This document shows, one piece after another, positions 8,341 through 14,345 of a stretch of 14,345 nt of DNA. Made by a program: the position numbers and the translations under genes. Each line of letters starts with the position of its first letter. Position 1 is the stretch's first letter. The DNA lies in NCBI GenBank assembly GCA_964493715.1, contig CAZBPC010000087.1, positions 1 through 14,345 on the forward strand. The letters run 5' to 3'. The DNA is from an uncultured archaeon (GTDB taxonomy: Archaea; Asgardarchaeota; Lokiarchaeia; Sigyniarchaeales; SOKP01). The notes under the pieces were generated by a model that did not search any database, was not told the DNA's origin, and saw nothing but the letters and a program-made list of their open reading frames with translations.

Positions 8341-9345
8341 TTATTTCTTTAAGCCAATTGCAAAATCTTCAAAATCTTCATTTTGTGATAAAGTTAATTT
8401 ATTGCCTGTTGATAGGAACATTAAAGCCAAAAAAAGTCTGACAAATGCAAATCTTCGGCCAATCTCGCTCTCTTCCTCATCAATAATAATCTTCGCGATC
8501 TCATAAAAAGAAGTTTCTTTTTGGTCAAATTCTACTTTCGCCTTTATTCTATTAAACCAAGATTCATGTAATTCTTCTACAGAATGTTCCCTTCCAGTTA
8601 TATGTTTCAGGAGTTCCTTGGGTAATTGAGCTTTTGAACGTACCAAGAGCTTGTTTTGTTTTAATTCTTCACGACGCATGCGTCTCCTTTTTAACTTCTC
8701 TTTATTTTGCATGGTCTCAATGATGGCAGATCTCATTGCATCAAACAATTCCTCCTTTGTAGAAATTAACATTTTTGGCTGAATGGGTTGGGGTAATGTC
8801 TTAGGTATGGATCTTCCATGTTTTTCACGGAATAATTCAAGCTCTTCTTTCTTTTGTATATCCTCTTCTTCTCTTATTATACTTGATATTTTATAATGAT
8901 GTAAAAGCGCAGAAGTTTTTAGCGCAATCCCAGATATCTTGTAATTAATCAGATCTTCTGATAACATGTTACTAAAAAATTTATCTACTAATGCTGATAA
9001 ATCATAAAACGCAACGTTAGAGTCTTTCGCTAACTCAGGATCCAGAAGGCTTGAAAAGGGCGGTTTTTGCCAAAATTTTAGTTCTAATTTATCCTTTTGA
9101 GATAAAGCGGGATCATATTCCTCACCAGCAATCAATTCTTCTTCCAATTCTTCATCAGGAATCGCATCATGAGTTCTGTCAACAAACTCGGGGTGATTCG
9201 CTATTGGTTCCAAGATCTTAATAAGATCAGCTTTCTTCGATTTCGTGGGTATCTTTATGTTATTTTTAGTAGCAAATTCTCTCAGTTGCTTAACATTCCA
9301 TTCACTAAAATTATAAATCGTTTTAGTTTCTTCTGGTTCTGGGAT
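8341..9345 (-). CDS. scpA: Kleisin ScpA with an N-terminal HeH/Rho_N/SAP-like domain; proposed start ATC at 9345 (the ORF track starts at TTG 9213)
   Basis: Kleisin N-domain DLSALVDKFF..INYKISGIALKTSALLHHYK and C-terminal winged helix FVRLFLALMFL..KLTLSQNEDFEDF. The frame stays open 44 codons upstream of 9213, back to TAA at 9348-9346, with SD AAGGTG (9358-9353) 7 nt before the ATC. Confidence 0.82.
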   Translation of the reverse strand: MPEPEETKTIYNFSEWNVKQLREFATKNNIKIPTKSKKADLIKILEPIANHPEFVDRTHDAIPDEELEEELIAGEEYDPALSQKDKLELKFWQKPPFSSLLDPELAKDSNVAFYDLSALVDKFFSNMLSEDLINYKISGIALKTSALLHHYKISSIIREEEDIQKKEELELFREKHGRSIPKTLPQPIQPKMLISTKEELFDAMRSAIIETMQNKEKLKRRRMRREELKQNKLLVRSKAQLPKELLKHITGREHSVEELHESWFNRIKAKVEFDQKETSFYEIAKIIIDEEESEIGRRFAFVRLFLALMFLSTGNKLTLSQNEDFEDFAIGLKK

Positions 9346-9767
9346 TTATGAACACCTTTATTAATTGAAAATATTATGATTAATACTAGCTTTTATATCA
9401 ATCAATTAAATTATCAAATTTTAAACTTTTTGCCTATGAGCATTAAATTAGTAAAGTTTTCTAAAATTATAGATTAAAATCACCAAAAATCTATTTCGTA
9501 CAAATATCAATTCGAAATCAAATGTTCTTTTTAATATCTGCAAGATTTCAATTTAAACTTTAACTATTTTTGACAAAAAATCACAGATCTGCCACTAATT
9601 TAATCTTTAAAAATTAATGGTGATGTTCAGAATTAAATTCAAAATATAGATAATTTCTAATTTAATATTAGAACACGGCTCGTTAATGATTAAACCCATA
9701 CTTGATAGTTTTAAAAATGCTGAAATGAAAACTATCTTAACAAATTAAGATCATAAAAAGGAATAAT

Positions 9768-9962
9768 TTGACAATGAAAAATCGATGTCCAAGATGTAGG
9801 GGATCTAAAATTTTAGATTATAATTTTTATATTAGATGTATAGATTGTAATTTAGATTTTAATAAGAGGGACGTAAATAATTTCGATGAGGAAGATGTTC
9901 TGGCACTATCAGAAAAACAAGGAATCTTTAGGGTGTTGCAGGAACAATTCAATGAAAAATGA
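9768..9962 (+). CDS. Small C4 Zn-ribbon protein (copy A)
   Basis: CPRC-x13-CIDC followed by an acidic helical tail (DEEDVLALSEKQG). SD AAGGA before the TTG; clear paralog at 13533-13730. Confidence 0.8.
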   Translation: MTMKNRCPRCRGSKILDYNFYIRCIDCNLDFNKRDVNNFDEEDVLALSEKQGIFRVLQEQFNEK

Positions 9963-9976
9963 ACATGTTTTATTTT

Positions 9977-10011
9977 CCACGACCCTTGTTCATTTTACTT
10001 TTGGGTCGTGG
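9977..10011. repeat. GC-rich 9-bp inverted repeat CCACGACCC-N17-GGGTCGTGG at a gene convergence point; possible terminator hairpin or binding site
   Basis: Arms at 9977-9985 and 10003-10011, followed on the + strand by TTTTCATTTTCTTTATTTT. Confidence 0.5.
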
Positions 10012-13000
10012 TTTTCATTTTCTTTATTTTCTGAGTCCCATCGATTAGGTTAATTAGAAGTAGATAATCGTTAATATTCAAATCTTCAAATAGCAAATCA
10101 ATATGCTGTACAAAATTACTAATTATACATTTATGTAATTTTATTTTGATGAATAATCCCTCATCAAATCGATTAACACCTTCTTGTCCCGAGATCTTAT
10201 AAGCACCTTCGATTTCATAAATAAATCCATAATTGAAAAAACTGAAAATTCTTTTCAATTTTATTAAATCTTTCTTTTTGATATTTGGTATGATAAAATA
10301 AATAGAATCTCTAAATCCTGCATTTTTTACAGAGATATATGGTATTATCAACGCCCTACCAATTAAATCTTTGATTATTTCGATTGTTTTTATCTTTTTA
10401 GTCAATAAAAAGGATTTTATGTCAATGGGTTCCAAATCATAGATTTTTAAAAGAGTTCTATATTCTTTAGAGTCTATACTATAAAAATGAGAACTATTAT
10501 TGTTATAGAGATCATAATTATGTATCCTATGATCGGAATTTAAATCTTGGTCCGAAAGAACTTTCTTGATATGGCGTTTAAAGAAATCTTCATTATAATC
10601 CCATCCGCTATCTGTGATATTTGCTTGAAAATCAAATAAAAAACTCACTGTTTTTACTTGAAAGCTACAAAATTCTTGAATCTCCTCCATTTCAGCTATT
10701 TCCAAATAAATATCATTACATGACTCTAAATTTTGGAGATAGCTTAATAGGAAATGAGGGTTATTCTCAATACTACTTGAATATTTTAACCTGAGAAATG
10801 ATTTGTTAAATTTTACTATGAGCTTTTCCATGTTCAAATTTGAGTTTTTGAAATATATAAAATTTAGAGTTAATTTAAAGGAGTGGAAAATTGGAATAAA
10901 ATAGAGATGATTAACATAGTTCGAAAAGAATTCCTTATTTTTAGTGGCTTTATACTCGGAATCATCAGGTAAGAATTCTATTCAGATCTTTATGAAAATT
11001 CATTAATTCCTCAAATGATTTTAAATCTATTTTATTACTTTTTTTTTGATTTTTACTATTTACAAAATTCGTTATTTTTGAAAAATCATCAATTTCAGAA
11101 AACAAATATCCGTCAATTTGATAATTATTTCTCAAAGATCTTTTATTTATTTCTCCTAAAGTCTTCTGTACATATAAAAAGTATTGTTTAAACAAATCAG
11201 GAGTATAAAAAAATTGCTCTTTTTCAAAGTCATAGAAACTTTTACTAGTAAATGCGATTGTCATGCCAGTCCATATGTAAAATCTCGCTTTAATCAAGCT
11301 ATCGTGAAAAAGTGTATAAAAATATGAAAGAAGTGCTTTCTTTTCTTTATTACTTAGATAAGGTACTGAAAGTTCAACCAAGAGATATTTCTTTTCATTA
11401 TAAAAGTCCTTAGTTTCAAGGATTATAGTTCTTGGAAAAAAAAATTTAAATTCTCCTAATTTCAATCGCGTTTCTTTTGACTCGATTAAATTAATTTCCA
11501 AAAATTGATGAACATATTTATCAGCAGTAATAGTATTTATAACAATTGGTTTTATTAGTTGAGGTTTATAAGATAAGTATTTTCTAATTTTCTCGTCTAC
11601 CAAGTTTCCAGTCACTCTATATAGTTTAAATTTTTCATAATCTGCTTTGAGTTTCTTCTCTTTAGATTCAAAAAGTGATTCTAATATTTCTTCTTTTAAA
11701 ATAACACTTTTAATAGCGTTTAGATCAAATATTTTCAGATTATAAAAAGAATTAAATAATTTTGTAAACTTAATGAAATCATTTTTAGATTGTAAATATA
11801 TTTCTTTTGCCCTAAAAAAAAAGGGGATTAATTCTTGAATAACATTTCTTTCAATATACTTTAGTTTTAGTATTTTTTTTTCAAATAAATCAAACTCATT
11901 AATTTTTTTTTTGAATTCCTCTTTAAATTTCGAAAAAGAGCGTATCTCCACATTCCTTTTGATAAACGATTCAACAATTTCAATTGCTTTATTATAATTC
12001 TCGATTTTTTTCTTGATGTAAAAAAAACCATCTTTTCTATTCTTTTCTATGATTTGGAACAATCTATTTTTTAAATTTGTAGATGAATGGAATAATTGCA
12101 AAGTTTCTTTCAGTTCTTTAATTATTGCTCGTTGAGTAATTATATCATTTAGTAGATCTGATTTGAGCGCTCTTAGTGTTTTAGCTCTTTTTTCGAAACC
12201 AAAACTAAAATAAGAAAAGGATCTTAATCGATCAAAAATTAAAAAATCAAGAAGTTCCAATTTCCTTTCTGTTAATACATTACCATAATTAGTCTCAAAT
12301 TTTATTTCATAATCTTTTTTGTATTTTTGAGCCTTTACATCAATAAATTTTCGATTGCGAATTGAATCTCTAAAATAGTTCAGGTTTATAAGGTGTTCCC
12401 CATGACAGATGTCTAAACAACTGAAATCAGTAATATAATTCGTACTCTTTAATTTTTGGAGTAATGTTAAAAAATCACTTAGATAATATTTTGGTAAAAC
12501 CATATAACCATAAATACTTAAACCAAATCCATCATAGTAATATTTTGGAGTATTAAAAAATGGTAATCCTTTGAGTGATTCAATTATTTTTTCTTTGTTT
12601 AATGAGTGGTTAAACTCCATAAATAATGAAATTACAAGCAAATTGATGGCCTTATATTCTAATTGGTATGATGGAGCAATCATACTATGATGATGAATCC
12701 AATTTAATTGTTTTTCGAATTTTCTTAGTGAAAGGGATGTGATTAAAAGCTTTTTTTCTTTAAAATCTTGGAATAATTCCTTAAAAATATGGATGTTCTC
12801 AAATATCTGCTGATTATAAAAAATGAATATCAAGCATCTTAATGTTTCAACCATCTCTTCATTGCTTTCTGGTTTGAACTCAAATTCAAGAATTTTATAG
12901 AGAAAGATATTAATTATACGGGAATGATTTTCAAATTTTGTTTTTTGTAAATAATTAAAAAAGAATTTCACAATATTCAATGAATCATCTAATTGAGACA

Positions 13001-13483
13001 TCTGAAAAAACTTCTCTAATCGATCGTAAGAGATTAAATAATTGAATCCTGTCACTATAGAATGATATTGCTTAAGATTACCCCTTATTAACTTTCTCCA
13101 ATCATGTTGATTTTTAAAGTGTGATAAATAAGTTATAATAATTTGATTTATAATGAGCTGTATGGATTCACTCTTTTCGATTTCTCTTGGAATAAATAGG
13201 TTAAATAATTCTCTTAATACTATGAATGGAACGAATTTTCTGTACTCTTTATCGAGAATAATTTTTACTTTTCCATCTTCAATTTTTCGATTCACCCCTA
13301 TGCTAAAGGTTTCATTAAGATCAGATTTTCTAATTTCATCAAAATAAATTCAATTTTGTTATATTTTGGGTGCAACTCGATAAGATTTTTTAACTCTTCT
13401 AATATTAATTCAATTTTTTTATTGAATTCCTCACTATTATGGATAAAGTCCCCCAAAATCTCGAATTTTTTTAAATCTATCAT
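9995..13483 (-). pseudogene. Single ~1160-aa hypothetical protein gene split by two 1-nt frameshifts (the 68-, 776- and 280-aa ORFs are fragments); pseudogene, recoded gene or assembly error
   Basis: ATG at 13483 with SD AGGAG. A shift near 13341-13350 continues ..KIEFI into DEIRKSDLNETFSIG-VNRK. A shift near 10968-10982 continues ..NRILT into DDSEYKATKNKEFFSNYVNHLYFIPIFHSFKLTLNFIYFKNSN-LNMEK, which fills the apparent 127-nt intergenic gap with no stop. Confidence 0.75.
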
Positions 13484-13532
13484 CTCAATATCTCCTTTTT
13501 TCACAAAAAAGAAATCTTAAATTTGAATTTCC

Positions 13533-13730
13533 TTAATTATTAACCGATTTATCAAGTAAAACCCTTAAGATTCCTTGTTTTTCGGATATTGCTAAAATAT
13601 TTTCCTCATCAAACTTATCAAAATCACTTTTATCAAAGTCTAGACCACAATAAACACAACTTATCACCTTATTATAATCCATAATTTCACCCCTCATACA
13701 CCTAGGACACCTATAATTCTTTTCATTCAA
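13533..13730 (-). CDS. Small C4 Zn-ribbon protein (copy B)
   Basis: CPRC-x13-CVYC with a DEENILAISEKQG tail. SD AAGGT before the TTG; 32/52 identical residues to copy A by manual ungapped alignment. Confidence 0.8.
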   Translation of the reverse strand: MNEKNYRCPRCMRGEIMDYNKVISCVYCGLDFDKSDFDKFDEENILAISEKQGILRVLLDKSVNN

Positions 13731-13966
13731 TAAAACTACCTTTATTGCATTAATTCCTTGAATTTAAAGGAATCTTTTTGATCTATTTCCTTTGATTTTA
13801 TAATTCCTAATTATTTTCAATTATTTTTAAAGAAAAAGAAGAAAATAAAAATATTTCTGTACAATTGAGCTTGTTGAAATGTGAGATTCTCACAAAATTT
13901 TTTAACTATTTAATATTTATTTAGCATAATTTTCTGTTTTAAGCAAAATAAATCTTAGTAGACCTC

Positions 13967-14040
13967 GGGAGAGTGGCTTAGCCTGGTATAGCGCACGGCT
14001 GATAACCGTGAGGTCGGGGGTTCGAAGCCCCCCTTTCCCA
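13967..14040 (+). tRNA. tRNA-Ile(GAT), intronless, CCA not encoded
   Basis: Acceptor GGGAGAG/CTTTCCC plus A73, D-arm GCT..GG..AGC, anticodon arm CACGG-CT-GAT-AA-CCGTG, T-arm GGGGG-TTCGAAG-CCCCC. Candidate TATA TTTTAAG at 13937-13943. Confidence 0.96.
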
Positions 14041-14136
14041 TTTATTACTTTATACCACTCTTCATGACAAAAAAATAAAATCCATTTATCTATTATTAGA
14101 TATTATAAAGTTCAATCAACCAATTAATCCAGAAAA

Positions 14137-14345
14137 ATGAAAGTTGTAATATTTTCAGGGACGCCCGGCACAGGAAAGACCGTAATCACGAGGAAAGTAT
14201 CGGAAAAAATTGGTGCTAAAGTAATTTCATTAAGTGAATTTGCCGTGAAGAATAATTTAATTCTCTCGTTTGATTCTAAGAGAGATACCTATGTGATTGA
14301 TGAGGATAAAATTGTTCCTGAAATCATAAATTTAATCGAAAAGAG
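14137..14345 (+). CDS. Adenylate kinase, AK6/Fap7 (archaeal/eukaryotic) family; 5' portion only, runs off the window
   Basis: Not in the ORF track. Translates as MKVVIFSGTPGTGKTVITRKVSEKIGAKVISLSEFAVKNNLILSFDSKRDTYVIDEDKI; the GTPGTGKT P-loop and D..RD..VID.D pattern are typical of AK6. Confidence 0.85.
   Translation, partial: MKVVIFSGTPGTGKTVITRKVSEKIGAKVISLSEFAVKNNLILSFDSKRDTYVIDEDKIVPEIINLIEK

Noticed and set aside
8232-9351. Plus-strand ORFs 8232-8441 and 9169-9351
   Set aside because: Antisense to scpB/scpA; the second overlaps the HeH extension on the opposite strand.
9685-9723. Possible C/D box sRNA (ATGATTA...TTGA...CTGA)
   Set aside because: Too short, imperfect C box and no recognisable C' box; expected by chance in AT-rich DNA.
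10962-10967. Tandem TGA TGA as selenocysteine readthrough
   Set aside because: The same frame hits TAA four codons later; continuity is in the +1 frame.
13153-13347. Plus-strand 64-aa ORF
   Set aside because: Antisense shadow of the frameshifted giant gene.
9350-14040. tRNA-Ile-targeted integrated element or transposon
   Set aside because: I found no integrase or transposase, no duplicated tRNA end (att site) and no nucleotide-level terminal inverted repeats, and the block lies on the tRNA's 5' side.
1-14345. CRISPR array, rRNA or tandem repeat arrays
   Set aside because: No regularly spaced direct repeats or rRNA-like sequence seen.

Overview
AT-rich archaeal DNA, most likely Asgard/Lokiarchaeia-like (inferred from the archaeal-type tRNAs, the AK6/Fap7-type kinase, an archaeal-type ScpA and AGGAGGT/AAGGTG Shine-Dalgarno sites; not confirmed). 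In order: a MoxR-type AAA+ ATPase/vWA operon (-) whose 3' end is cut off by a 27-bp fold-back at the window edge; an orphan DpnA-like DNA adenine methyltransferase; a glycyl radical enzyme with no adjacent activase; a tRNA-Ala(CGC) split by two non-canonical introns; a GT2 glycosyltransferase; scpB and scpA (-), where ScpA has an in-frame N-terminal HeH/Rho_N-like extension missed by the ORF track and apparently starting at ATC; a ~4 kb very AT-rich accessory block in which two paralogous C4 Zn-ribbon mini-genes face each other around one ~1160-aa gene broken by two single-base frameshifts; then tRNA-Ile(GAT) and the start of an AK6/Fap7-family kinase. The most interesting items are the HeH-kleisin, the Zn-ribbon/giant-protein cassette and the doubly spliced tRNA. 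Several single-base anomalies could be assembly errors and need read-level checking.
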